Shown: positions 33,071 to 46,960 of the stretch, in pieces
Numbering within the stretch: the first letter of the stretch is position 1
How the letters are laid out: each line of letters begins with the position of its first letter
Source: Octopus bimaculoides
Taxonomy: Eukaryota
Reading direction: 5' to 3'
Assembly (NCBI RefSeq): GCF_001194135.2
Contig: NC_068989.1
Location: forward strand, 81,912,049 to 81,976,048
Length of the DNA: 64,000 nt
Program-made: the position numbers and the translations under genes
The notes under the pieces: generated by a model
Seen by the model: only the letters and a program-made list of their open reading frames with translations
Databases searched by the model: none
Told to the model about the DNA's origin: nothing

Positions 33071-33839
33071 AAATAAATGATAAAGTTAAAAGCTTTGTCC
33101 CTATTACTCTACAAGTATCGACTCAGGATGCCCCAATCACCAATTTTTGTCAAATCTATTCATTTCCTGTCATCCTGTTTCTTTTGGAGTCTTCTATAAT
33201 AGACCGTCAGTTTTTTTTTTTTTTTAATTTATATGTTACCACTCAACTCCTGGATTTATAAATTTTATAAATGATTTTATAAATTTGTCAATGCCATTTA
33301 GTTTTGTTTTGTTATGAGATCCATTTCATTGGTTTCCATGGTCTTCCCACAGAATTTCCAAACTTCTAGTCTTCTAGTTTACCTTTTGCTTCTCAGGAAG
33401 CAAAAAGGTAAATCTAACTCTGGTGATGTTTCAACTCAGAATGCAGAGAAAAGTAGCTAAATACTGACATTCCATCATTTCTAAGATGGCAGTAATGATA
33501 TTAAATTGTGTAAATGAGAATGTAATGTCAAAGCAGAATCACAGCAATTGTAAACATTTATTTAAATAGCAAAAATATTTGTGTCATTAACAAATCTGCA
33601 TAGCAATCAAAGCATGTGGCTCTGAAGATAATGGCTCTAGACACTGCCTACTGCAACACTAGGAATATTGGATTATGAAACAGATTCTGGACTCCAGAAA
33701 CTGTAAAAACTACAAAGTGCAAAATTTGGAAAATCCTTTGAAATGCTATATAATGAGTGTATATCTTAAGAAGAGATAGTCATAGGGGATTATTAAGTGT
33801 TAGGGAGAAGCTTTCAATAATGCAGTTTTCAATGTTACA

Positions 33840-35380
33840 CATCTCGTTAGCATGCTGGGAAAAATACTGAGCAGCATTTCTTTCATCTTTACATTCTTAG
33901 TTCAAATTCCTCCAAGTTTGACTTCACTTTCATACTCTTGGGGTTGATGAAATAAGTACCAGTTGAGCAATGGGGTCATTGTTATCGACTTACCCCATCA
34001 CATGAAATTGCTGATCTCGTGCCAAAATTTGAAATCAATATTACATACCTCCTATGAACTGAATTCTCCATATGTAAAACTAAAAAAGATTGACTTGGCT
34101 GACTAAATCCAGACAAAATGGTACAGTAAAGACATATTTGTGATCCAGGACTAAAACAAAAGACATATCAAGTATTGCCTATGTTATATTTGAAAGAAAC
34201 AATACATATATATTAACCAGGATGTCCTATATTACTCTCATGAAAATGTACTTGGAGACACTATGATGTAACGAAAGTGCTCTACATACACCTACACATC
34301 AAATTTTAACTGTTGCAAGAAAAAAAAAAACTCTAGGGTACTTAACTAAAACCTCCAACTGTCCCAGAAAACAACAATAAAAAAATACTTGTACCTGACT
34401 GTTACTTTATAAAATTGACCTAGCAGGATTTGAACTCAAAATGCAAATGGAAGGAGATGCCATGAGTCATTTTGATACAGTGCTCTACTGATTCTATCAA
34501 TTATCACCATCTTCAACAATGAGGCTTTTTTTTTTTTTTTTATAGAAAAGACACAAAGCCGGTGATTTGGTAGAGTAACATTTGATGATATCTATGGTAG
34601 TACTTGATTCCTGACATTAAATATCAAAGTAGACTTATCATGTTGGTATGCAAGCTAATAAACTAATGCTGGCTGGGTTCATGCAGTCAGTAAAAGTCTT
34701 AAGGAGTACAATAGCCAACTGTGCGAATGTAGATGGCCCTTGCTTGTCTGACTGTTTGGAAACACAAGGCAAAGTGACTACACACACATACACACACGTG
34801 TGTATGAGTGCGCTGTTTTAGTGATAGACATACACTCACATATCTTCTATTTTTTCATTTGCCTCAGTTTTATATAGCAATCTCTTTTTTTGTTGAGGAA
34901 TGTCATGTTTGAAACTATTTGCTGTTGAGATATGCTAAAGTTTATTGAGGCAAACATGATTTGCAGAAAATACCAAAATAACAATTCTATTTCTTTTTTT
35001 TTGTTTGTTTTTGGTAGATATTTACCATCATTACTGGAATAACCATGAAATTTAATTTCACAGTGAAAGGGTTGAAACAACTATGCAGAGGTGGCCATAT
35101 TAGCAGAGTTGATCACATTTAAACATCTCTTAATAAGGAATATAGTTGCAGATGAAACGAAATTACAGAAGTTGTGGAATATCTGAGATATAATAGTGAA
35201 AGTATGGAGGTACCAAAGGCAGTAGCATTTCATCTGTCTTAACATTCTGAATTCAAACACGGCTGAGGTTAAGTCTCATGCTTTTGGGGTTGATAAAAGA
35301 AGCACCAGTTGAGCACCGGGGTAGATGTAATTGACAAGGCTTCTCCCCTAAATTTCCAGTCTTGGACTAATATTTGAAAC
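33840..35380 (+). mobile_element. The only two plus-oriented (ATT)n-family SINE copies seen (about 33840-34035 and 35215-35380)
   Basis: ttcttagttcaaattcc and ttctgaattcaaacac cores on the + strand. Confidence 0.65.
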
Positions 35381-36123
35381 CACCACCCTCATCATCATCA
35401 TTGTTATCATCATCAACATCATCATCCAGCTTATTCCCAAATAAATGATGTATGCTTTTGATTAAACCAGCCAAAGAGAGCAGAGCCTTTATGTAGTCTT
35501 GACGTCTACAAGAAATAGCTACCAAATCTTCCTTAAATCACATTTTGCCAACTTAAAAAGAAAAAATTTCACAGTGGATACATGTCTGAATACATGGTCC
35601 CAGCTGGAATACCCTTGAGTAAAGGTCAGATGGATCAGAATTAACCTGTAACTAAGCAACAGCAACTATAGCCACAGCTATACTAAACAAAAGCCAATGA
35701 AGCAGCCTCTACATGGTCATTCATCCTGCTAGAAACAGCAACCAAATCTTACCATTTTTTAAAAAAGAAACAACACTTAACATAATTGTAGATGTACAAA
35801 AAGGCAAGATGGTTACAGTTGGAATGTCTATGATTATAGGTTTACTAGATGAAGATTGAACTGGTGTTAAACTGTTGTATATAGTGATATCAACTACCCT
35901 GGGTCTAACGGTGGTAGAGAAAGACATCCTATGAATATATATACACATTGCTTATCTGTTCACCTTTCAATCTCATCTCCTTGACATCATAGGAGAAGGT
36001 GGGGGGAGTTGATTCACTGCCCCCGCTCCACAGGAATGGTGCAAACAAGTAAACTGATAAGTTCAAACAAGTGGTTTGTTATGTAATGTAGAAATATTTC
36101 TACACACACACACACATGCATAT

Positions 36124-36154
<31 letters not shown>

Positions 36155-36264
36155 ACATACATACAGAAATATATACACAAAGATATACACCACACCAAGA
36201 GACATAAGACACAAACTTGTACAGTTGTATATATATACAGATATCCATAGTAAGACACACATAA

Positions 36265-36313
<49 letters not shown>

Positions 36314-36921
36314 TACACATATACATACACACTGTAAGAAAAAATATTATGTCTTTCGAGAGAGAGAAAGATGTTAATAATTAATGACAGACACTAGCTG
36401 AGAGATAGGGAGAGAAAGAGAAAGAAGAGGGAGGGAGGGAAAAAGAGGGAAAGATGGAGGGAGGGAGAAGGAGGGAGGGGAGAGAGAGAGAGACATGCAA
36501 GGTATAATAATAGAGAGAATGTTAAATGGTGTGAATGTTCAATCCCAGATGATGTAACTTGGGTAAAATGAAGGCTGTGATGTGGGATGGGGAAGGGGGG
36601 GGGAGGTAGAGTTATTTACTCACATCCCACCCCTCCCCATTCCCCATTTTTGCCGTACTACACACAACAACAACGGCGACTATTACCACCATCAGATAAC
36701 AGTGGGAGGAGGAGGAGGAGGAGAGTGCGGAATAGTTAGGACTTTAATGCCCATATTTGTACACGGCACCTAGAATAGGGAGGCAGTGGGAAGATTGAAT
36801 GCAAGCACAGAGTACAATTGAACTATTTAACTGAAAGTGGTGGGTAGATGCAGGGGTGGGAGAGGGTGGTGAGATGCAGGGTGTTTTTGCTGGTTGAACT
36901 ATGAACACACACACACACATG

Positions 36922-36960
<39 letters not shown>

Positions 36961-38989
36961 GCAGGAAAAATGCGGGTGCATGAGTGATAATATTCTTAAC
37001 TGAACCTGAAAAAGTACATAAGAAATGGAAGCTTAAAAATATTGCAGGTTGGAATTTGCATTTAAATAATATGCCTTCTGGGTAGATTTTGGGTGAAGAA
37101 AAAAAAAGTAGAGAAAAGATTGAAGTGGGGTATGCACTTATGGAATATGTTGATCATGTGGTTAAATTTGAATGACCAGTTTCCCTACCCCAATATCCCA
37201 TCTCACATGCATGTTTATTTAAGATCAAACCCAGTGGTTTATACAAAGTCAAATGAAGATAAATGCTGGGCATTCTTGGGGAACAGAGATTAACCTATTA
37301 CCTACCAGTGATCTCATATGAGATCACTTAAAAATTACAAATTTCGTAATTATCTGTCAATATTTACACATATCTAACCTTTTTGCTATATCTACTAGGT
37401 ATATTTCTCTGATATTCAAATGAGGTTTGCTAATTTTTCACCCAATATCTTGTTTATTTCTATTTAAAATGTTATTTTGATCATTCCAGCATGTTTCTAA
37501 GGCTGTTTTATGCTAAAAATCAAAGTTTCATAAAAAAATTCCAGTTAATAGAATTATAGGAGGTAATGGGTTAATTGGTCAACTTTTATAGAAGACATGA
37601 GTGTTAAGGATGGTAGACTTTCAGGGTGTCAAGTATCCAAGTGTGTTGGATTTCCAGAGTTTCATAAGCATAAATCCTGAATTTTTGGCTCTAGAGGAGA
37701 TGAATTTTCTTTTTAAGGTGAAGACCAGTAGCCCTCACAAAAACCACAAGACAATTTGTTGTTTCAGATCTGACAAGATACTATGTTCTACTTAATTCTC
37801 ACTAAGTCAAGTAGAAGTGCATCTTAGTTGCTCTTCGTACCTCAATGAGTTCATATTTCTGAATACCTAACTGTTAGCTCAGCCAAAGTCGGAAAAACAT
37901 AAGAGGAAAGTAGCCGAACATCTTAAAATTTTTAAAAACAGAATTCATCTTCATTATATGAGTGTTTGAACTCCACTCCCATCATCCACTATATTTAATT
38001 TTTATAAGGAGTAGATACAAAAAAAGTTGCATACAAAATTGTTTTCATAGGGGAAATTAGAATCTAAAGAGGAGATACTTTTATATTTGAATGGAACAAA
38101 ATGCTACACCAACTTCAGCCGCTATATTTTTAAGTATCCACTTCTTCGCCTGAATTTTACCAGTTTCAGTTAAAAATATAATCACCCTTTTCCCTGCCAG
38201 TCCACTCTTTTTACAACCAAAAGTTAACTGCTATTGAGACAAAACTTAAAACAGTATAAAAGATACAAAAAAAACAAAACAAAACAAAAAAAAACTGAAT
38301 GCAGGTGGTGAGTATCTTTTTAAACCCTTGCCTAGTCCCAGTTTCCAGTGGGGACAATCATCAACAATGTCTTCTTGCCTTCAATGTTCATGTAAAGAGA
38401 CTTCAAGTCCCGTTGCAGATATTTTTGAAATAAATATGACAGGGCCTGTCCTGGTGTTTTCTTGGAGGATATTTCACCATTCAGCAGACCATTTCCCATC
38501 TGACATGCTGTGTACATAGACCAGACAGTGGAGACATCGTTGCTGTGGTAGGACAAGGAGGTCAGGTATCTGTGGACCAGCTAAGAGCTTCTAGTTGGTG
38601 GTTAAACCAGAACACACAATGTTCAAAATTAATCTCAGCTAGTGTAAGTGGAAGACATTGAGGCACTCTGGTCTGGAGTAGACGCTCTACAGCTCACTGC
38701 CATAAGTGTGCTGCACTTCTCTAAATTGTTTCAGGCAACCAAAATGTCAAATAAATATTCTTACTGAGGTAGAAAATGTCCTTGAAGTTACTCCATTCCT
38801 CTTTCCCATACTGCTTCTAAGTAGTATGATAGCTTTAAACTTGTCTTTACAGGATATAAAATGTTGAAGCCCTCAGTATAAGTTGAAATCTAGAATTGTA
38901 GTGTTGAAGCACAATGTTTTCCAGAGAGATTAAAATTATGAAGTACCAGGTCCTGAGTACAGAGGACTGGATGTATATTAGTTTTTATA

Positions 38990-39680
38990 AATATAGACAA
39001 GTGTTAGGAGAGTTTGTACACCTGATGATTGTGCGACAGTATCACATACCTTCATAGCACACTCTCAAAAATTGTTTCCATCAATGATGAAATCAATAGC
39101 AGAATTATTATGGTGAGCATATAAGTGAAGAAGGACTTTAGCACCAAATCGAGTTGAAGGTTTACAGAGTTGTCCTGCCAACTTTGCTGTTTGTTCATGA
39201 GGCGTGAGCTGTTTACAGCAGTTATGCCAAGAAATTCAACAAATTCTACCTGAAATGTCTGTGTAAAATGCTGTATATTATTAATTGGCAGGACATGGTC
39301 CTAGATACTGAGATCTTCAATCATACAATGTTATCTAGCATCTATACTCTCCTATGCAGAGACCAGGTGCACTGATCTGGTTACGTTGCCAAAATGAACA
39401 ACAAACAACTTCTGAAATATTTCTTGCATGGCATTTTGGTAGAGGAGACCCTTCCAGTCAGTGGAGAGTGCAACCATTACTAGGGTATTTTCAAGTCAAA
39501 CTCCCCTACTCAAAGCTGTCTTAGCAGTATTAAAGGCCTCTAGGTAAATCAATGCATTGGATCCTGAAATTGGCCCAAAATCAGTGAGGACCTTGGACAA
39601 CTGCCTACGCCTTAAGACAGCATGGGCACACTGGACACACCAAAAGAAAGATTTAAGCAATAATCCAGAGTCAGGGCAAT
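38990..39680 (+). pseudogene. Degenerate RTE-clade LINE ORF2 (RT motif and C-terminal region), antisense to the gene
   Basis: PDDCATVSHT (FADD-like), STLSKIVSINDEINSRII, KVYRVVLPTLLFVHEA*AVYSSYAKKFNKFYLKCLCKML..WQDMVLDTEIF; may extend upstream to about 38300. Confidence 0.75.
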
Positions 39681-39860
39681 GTTACTGGTGGGAGATCAGC
39701 CTGGTTTAGTCTGATAAGGGAAGGGGCCATACAATTGGAGCTGACAGGCTGAATAGAAGAGGAAGTTAACCTTCTCATTGGCAAAAAAAGGACTGGTTAA
39801 CCATTCCTGTATACACCTATGAGTGATATTGTGGTCATCATCCATATAGATATACAAACA

Positions 39861-39921
<61 letters not shown>

Positions 39922-42900
39922 CATATACACACACATACGTATATGGTGTGTGTGTGTGTACTTTTAACACTTTAGATCGATCTACCAATGACCACAGCTT
40001 CTGATTCTATGAAACAAAACTTACTTTAAAATGTTATTTAAACTTTCCGTTATAATTTTATCTGAAGAACCTTTGTGTCATATTCCAAAAACCAATTTTG
40101 TAAATCCTTTAGTCAATTTCTTTCTAATCTTTGAAATTAATTGGAGCACTTAGGCTGTGTATTATATTAAAGATGTGGTCAAAAATAAGGACCATGTATT
40201 GTCTTTTGGCTCCAGGATTTTAAGGAGGAGCATGAGATGAGTATCAGATTAGAGCCACTCTGCTATCTCAGGGGCCTGTTAAGAGGGCAGTTGTGTGTAT
40301 GCCTATGTGTATGTTTGTATGTGCATGCACGTATGTATGTGTGTGAGTTTGCATGGACATTTTTGTAAGATGTGTGTCCAAGTATGTGGTGCCTATACAG
40401 AAGTATGTGTATCTTTGCAGCTGTTTCTGCCATAAAGTTCCTCAGAGAAACTTTTAAACTAAGGAAAAAGTTAATTGAAATGGTTTTCTTGGTATTACTT
40501 TCAGAAATGAAATATTTGAAGTCTTTTGAAATACGAGAATAGAGTTGCTCTGTACGCGTATCTTTGTTAGCAGTGTAATACCTACCTCATCATAATGACT
40601 AACAGCTAATTAATGAACAGTATTCTTCAAACAGCAGGACATCAGATATTTTTTAGCTGTTATCTTGCAACTCTCGCATCAAATTTCAAAACATCATGCA
40701 ATGTATAGCGTAGACTTTCTTTTACTTAGAAAGATAACACAGATTATTTGCAGAGGAAAGGAACGAGATTGTGTAACAAGCATGCCATTCTTAAGGCCAT
40801 TTGTACTGTATACATAATGGACTGATGTCAGTCAACCAGAGGATCTTCATTGATGCATCATTACTCCAGATGTGACCATCTTTTAATGTGCCATATGTTG
40901 ACATCATATATCCAAGGCTATTTTATCTGGTATAGTAATCTATTTTTAAGATAGTAGAGTTAAATTGTAACCCTTCAACATTCCGATTTACTCTGTCAAA
41001 TGTAAAGCTTATTTATTCACAATGTTTTGAATTAATTATGCATTATCTCATAGCTTCAAGATTTCAATGATGTGATTGTTTAATCTTAGAATGACATTGT
41101 AGGATAGGTGGGAAAAGCTGGATCTAGTCAGTTTGAACATAAAACAGGTTGAATATTTTGGCCAGATATGGCCGGTTTAAAAGCTAAAGGGTTAAGGAAA
41201 TAACACTTATTTCTAGCAGGCTGAGCCAGAGGCTGAAAAATATAAAGGCTCTGTTACATTTCACCCTATGAATGTCTGTGTATACACTTCAACCTACAGA
41301 GAAAAACTGCATGTCAGAGTGTGCAATATGGTTATTAGTTCAACAATAGCAGGGTATAACTAGAACAATAAGCCAGGGATTACACCTAGTTGTTTCGTTA
41401 ATTATGTGTAAACCATGGGTCTGATTGATCAGATCTGAACTGGGCCTACAACATCAACTAGCTTGCAGACTCATTTGCATGGATCATACCACTGGTTTTA
41501 TAGCATTTACCAATAAACCAATTTCCTGTAGTAGGTAGGAAGAGTCCTATTTTAAGAGTTCAGCAAATTTCACTCAGGCTATGGTAGAAGACAATTGCTC
41601 AAGGTGGCTTGGCTCTAGTGTTTAGAAACAGAATCTCATGTTTAGACAAAGCATGGTGTTTATACAGATTATTATTTAGGTATTGTGTTTAAGCAGCAGA
41701 CTAAAATTAGAATCCTATTAAACAACAAACTGTGAATTTCATTATTATTATTATTATTATGGATTTACTTTTCTATGTTGGCATGGACTGGATAGATGTT
41801 TCTTAGTGTTTTAATGACTGGATACCCTTCCTATCACCAATCCTTTTAGATGCCTCTTACAATATGTAGGGATATGATGCATCTGTTATAAAACACTGGG
41901 ATGTTTGTAATTACAATGTTAATTCTCTTTACATTTAAATATAAATGAACTTCAGGACTGAGACATTTTGCCAAGGGACATTTAGAGAACTAACAAATCA
42001 GGCAATAGGCTGACCCTTGTATGATGGCCAATAAGATATTATAACTTTACTGAGGCTAGAAATTGCTATTTATAGCCAGGTCATCCATGATAAGTAGATC
42101 TTCCAGCCATGGCTATTCAGTCTGTCAGAAAGTGTTGTGTCCAATGTGTTCGTCCTTTTTTTTTAACATAGTAGGGTGTGACTTGAAGAAGATTGTGTCA
42201 TGTTGACCATATCCGTCATTGGTTCATGTTGTTACAAGATGTATGTCAGATGGTAAGTTCTGACATGCAATTTACACTTTAGCACACATGTACATACAGA
42301 CATATAAATGGACATACACAAAGATACAGACATACGTAGATGTACACATTCATACAGACAAAGGCACATACACAAACATACAGACACACCCACATGCACT
42401 GACATATTCATAGATACATACACTTACTAAGATACTCAGACACATACACATAGACACACACAAACACATATGCAAAGACACATAACTCATACACATACAC
42501 AGTGAGAAATGTCAATAATTAATTTGTTAATGTTATTTAATGACTAATTTGTTTTTATATGTGATGATTAATTTTATGTACATCTCATGCAGCACATCAT
42601 TCCTTACCACCCACTAGCTACCCAGGTATACATATATACTTGGGTGTGTCTTAGAGCAACACAATACCCACTTCTATCCTAGAATTTATCATTTCAAACA
42701 TCTACAGATCTTCAGTGAAATAACAAACAATTCATCGTCTTCAACAGATTCATGTTTAGAAGCTTACAAAACTTCACACAAGCTTTTAAAATGCTAATCC
42801 CGTTTTGGGTGGTAGTGGATAAGAATGGTAATGTTTTGAGGAAGGAATTACAGACAAGATTGTCCCTGGCTTTTGATAATCTGAGTGATGGTTTTCCTTG

Positions 42901-43329
42901 TCTGGAGGAGCTGAGACAGAATGGCAATATTTGGTGGTGTGGTAAGGGAAGGTTAAATTTTTGTAATTTGATACAGTTTAAGAAACACAAAAAAAAAAAA
43001 AAAAAAATCAACTTCAAAAGTTTTACTTGTTAATTTTGAAAGAAAAGAATACAATAGTTTTAAAAAGGAAGGAAAATGGAAGCAGGATTTAAGAAAAACA
43101 AAATTGTTGAAGTTAAAAACATTAATAATCCTGTGAAGGAAGATTTTGAGTGAGAGAGAGAGAGAGAGACAGACAAACAGACAGAGATAGTTTGGTAGTA
43201 TCGAAGACAGCTGAAACAGGAACATAGATAGAAGAAGAGTAAATATAATATTCTGTATAAATAAAACAGAGAAGTTGCCTGGTTACATAGAATGCTTAAA
43301 GGTTTACAGCAGGATTTATCTACGTATTC

Positions 43330-43912
43330 TCCAGAGATGTGTGTTACCTTCTACAGGTATGTGTGTGTGTGCATGTGTTACCCTTCAACAAATGTGCAAA
43401 TTTACCAATCTACAGATGTGTGTGATATTCTACAGACGTGTGTGATACCATTCTACAGATACGTGTGTTACCATCCTACAGACATGTTACCATTCTACAG
43501 GCATGTGTGATACCATTCTACGGACGGGTGCATTACCATTCTACAGACGTGTGTTACCATTCAACAAACGTGTGTTACCATTCAACAGACGTGTGTGTTA
43601 CCATCCTACAGATGTGTGTGTTACCATTCTACAGATGTGTGTGTTACCATTCTACAGATGTGTGTGTTACCATTCTACAGATGTGTGTGTTACCATTCTA
43701 CAGATGTGTGTGTTACCATTCTACAGACGTGCGTGATACCACCCTACAGATGTGTTACCATTCTACAGATGTGTCATTCTACAGACGTGTGTTATCATTC
43801 TACAGACGTGTTATCATTCTACAGACGTGTGTGATACCATCCTACAGATGTGTGTGATACCATCCTACAGATGTGTTACCATTCTACAGTGTGTGTGTGA
43901 TACCATTCCAAA
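43330..43912. repeat. 23-bp minisatellite, consensus TTACCATTCTACAGATGTGTGTG, with a homogeneous core and degenerate edges
   Basis: Exact units at 43621-43712; variant units differ mainly in GT number. Confidence 0.95.
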
Positions 43913-44054
43913 GTCACTACAAGTGAAGGCTACAAGAATCTAATTAAAAGATTTACTTGATTTAATTCGCTTAAATATTAATGCTTTAGGTGATGGCCTC
44001 CAGGTTGCTGCAATGAAACACAAATATTCAATAAATAACAATAAAAACGGTGGT

Positions 44055-44520
44055 TTCAAATTTTAGCACAAGGCCAGCAATTGCAAGGGCGGAGTTAAGT
44101 TGATTACATTGACCCCAGTGTTCAATTGGAATTTATCTTATCGATCCCCCCCCCCACCAAAAAGAAGGGATGAAAGGCAAAGTTGACCTTGGTGGAATTT
44201 GAACACAAAATGTAAAGACAGACAAAATACAGCTAAGCATTCTGTTGGCATGTTAATAATTCTGCCAGATTACCACAATAATAATACTACTAATAATAAT
44301 AATCCTTTCTACTATAGGCACAAGGCCTGAAACTGGGGGGAGGGGGATAGTCGATTACATCGCTCCCCCACCCCAGTACTCAACTCGTACTTAATTAAGT
44401 GACCCGAAAAGGATGAAAGGCAAAGTCGACCTCGGTGGAATTTGAACTCAGAACGTAACAGCAGACAAAATACCACTAAGCATTTTGCCTGGCATGCTAA
44501 TGATTCTGCCAGCTCGCCAC
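44055..44520 (-). mobile_element. Two tandem (ATT)n-family SINEs
   Basis: Cores at about 44199 and 44440, separated by an AAT tract. Confidence 0.8.
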
Positions 44521-44553
44521 CTAACTAACAATAACAACAATAATAATAATAAT

Positions 44554-44650
44554 GGAATAACAACAGAAAAAAGATGGTGTAGGCACACGCCAGAAAAGGT
44601 CACAGAAAATGAGAAAGCAACCATACTTTGGGACATGCCAATACATATAG
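44554..44650 (+). pseudogene. Short fragment of an RLE-type (HERO/NeSL/R4-like) non-LTR retrotransposon
   Basis: GITTEKRWCRHTPEKVTENEKATILWDMPIHI, alignable with KWYEHKPEGVTENKEYKIL at about 45305; starts right after (AAT)n. Confidence 0.65.
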
Positions 44651-45299
44651 CTGTATAACTTTGAGGCTTATGATACAAGGCATAATTTCAAGAATAATAT
44701 CAGCTTCCAGAGTTTGTTAAATGAATATTTTTCATAAAATGACATTTTTTTTAATATACCAGTATAATTAAAAAAAAAAAAAAAAATGAAGCGATTTTGT
44801 TGGTATGGCTGTTTGGAATGCTACAAGCATTACAATAATAGCTATGTGATCACTGCTATTTCTTGCATGCTAAACGTAGTTGGGTTACTTTGAAGTTTGT
44901 TTAAGATATATTACAACTATGATAAATTACTGAAAGAAATATTTACTAAGCAAGTGAGATTTTTTATAAATTGAAGTTTTCAGGAAAATATACTTTCTGA
45001 ACTTCCTTTTACTATTGAATATTTCAGGTTCACAAATTTAAATATTCGGTACAAGATAGTTTTTAATGAGTTTTTATTTATACAATTTTTTCATTTCGTG
45101 TTTACTTCATTCATTGTGTGCAATGTTCTCTCTCCCCACCGTCTCTCTCACACACACTGTCTCTCTAATATAAACACACACATTATATTATTAGAATTGG
45201 GAATCAAATGTGAAAACATTATCACGTGGCTAGCAGAAAACCGCCTGGAGGGCAGTCTTTCTTTAAGTAATAATAATGCTGATGATGAGGATCTTGAAA

Positions 45300-45848
45300 G
45301 GACATTGAAATGGTATGAGCATAAGCCAGAAGGTGTCACTGAAAATAAGGAGTATAAGATCTTGCGTAATTTTACAATTCAGTGTGATTCAGTGATTGAT
45401 GCTTGGAGACCAGACATTGTTGTAGTTGATAAAATGATGAAGGAAACCAAGATGATAGATATTGCCATACCTAGGGATGTACGAGTGGATGATAAAGAAC
45501 TGGCAAAGACTGAGAAGTACAAGCTATTAAAAAATGAAATCGCATGAATGTGGGCACTGAAGAAAGTAGCTGTCACCACAGTAGTTGTAAGGGTACTACT
45601 GGGAGCATTAGCAACCAGTCTCGAGAAATTTGTTGGAGAAATTAGGATTGACATAAGGGTAGAACATGCTCAGAAAACTGCTTTATTGGGGACAGCGAGG
45701 ATTTTGAGACTGGTACTTGGATGTGAAACATCGTGGAAAGAGACCCTGTACCAGTGAAAACAGGTTGTTGTCTGCTTTTACAGAATTAACCAGAGCAAGT
45801 GAAATCGAGAGCTCTGAGAAGTAAAATATAAAAAGTATCATAATGATG

Positions 45849-45880
<32 letters not shown>
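45300..45880 (+). pseudogene. 3' end of an RLE-type (HERO/NeSL/R4-like) LINE: restriction-like endonuclease domain, 3' UTR and (TAA)n tail
   Basis: KWYEHKPEGVTENKEYKILRNFTIQCDSVIDAWRPDIVVVDK...IDIAIP...KTEKYKLLKNEIA*MW...LLGAL...QKTALLGTARILRLVLG: PD-(D/E)xK motif and the typical QK.ALLGTA.ILR.VL end; one in-frame TGA at 45545-45547. Confidence 0.85.
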
Positions 45881-46310
45881 TCTTTCTACTAGAAGCACAA
45901 GGCCTCAAATTTGGGGGAAGGGGTTTAGTTGATTACATTGACCCCAGTGCATAACTGGTACTAATTTTTTCGACCCCTGAAAGGATGAAAGGCAAAGTCG
46001 ACCTTGTAGGAATTTGAACTCAGAACGTAGAGACAAACAAAATACTACTAAGCACTTTGCCCAGCGTGCTAACGATTCTGCCAGCTCACCACCTTAATAA
46101 TAATAATAATAATAGCAATATTAACAACAACTACAGTTCCAAATTCTGGTACAAGGTCAACAATTTTAGTGATCCCAGTATTTGTCTGGTATTTCTTGTA
46201 TTGGTCCTGAAAGGATATAAGTTAACTCTGACTGAGTTTGAACTCAGAGTGTAAAGAACTGGAACAAATCCTGCAAAGTGTTTTTCCAACATTCTAACAT
46301 TTCTGCCAAA
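45880..46310 (-). mobile_element. Two tandem (ATT)n-family SINEs, tail-to-tail with the RLE LINE relic
   Basis: Cores at about 46013 and 46236; another copy at about 50120-50338. Confidence 0.78.
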
Positions 46311-46550
46311 CCATATCATGGCTGAATCTTAGAGAAATTGGGTTATGGCCTCATTTTGGTGAAAATTGACCCTTTTCTGTGATACTATGTTAAAGTAAGG
46401 ACTATAGTGTTTGTTTGGTGATAGTATGGATATGTACAGATGTGTGCGTGTGTACTCAAGTACTTGGCTATGAGTGCATTGCATATTGTAGTAGAAACAG
46501 CTGTAAGCTAATGAAGTCTATGACAATTGTTTATAACTATCGCAATTTCG

Positions 46551-46581
<31 letters not shown>

Positions 46582-46912
46582 ACACATATATATGATGGTA
46601 GAGCTGTTGGTGATAATGAGGTGATGATGATGACGGTGGGTGAAACAAGTGGCTTGTAGAGGTGATGGTGGTGGCAGGTAGGGGTGGTAATAACTGAGAG
46701 AGAAGATCAAGGAAATGCTGGTAGTTAGATTAGAGACCAGAAAGTTAGGTTTCATATCTGGAGGAGGAGGAAGAGTACCTCTAGTTTGTTGAGGAGAAAA
46801 CATCTAATATGTTAGTACAGAGAAGGGGAGAGAGAGAGGAAGAGGTCATGATGATGTGTGCTATCTCTAGGTGGTGGTGTTGTATAATATGCGTGCATGT
46901 GTATGTATGTAA

Positions 46913-46960
<48 letters not shown>

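Noticed and set aside
42600-43230. ORFs 42712-43033 and donor-like GTAAGG at about 42607 as a coding exon
   Set aside because: An in-frame TAG lies just before the donor in the required phase and no motif is recognisable; at most non-coding.
43292-43943. Cys/Tyr-rich repetitive ORFs, and the regular array as a possible CRISPR
   Set aside because: Translations of a 23-bp minisatellite; units are contiguous with no unique spacers, there are no cas genes, and the context is eukaryotic.
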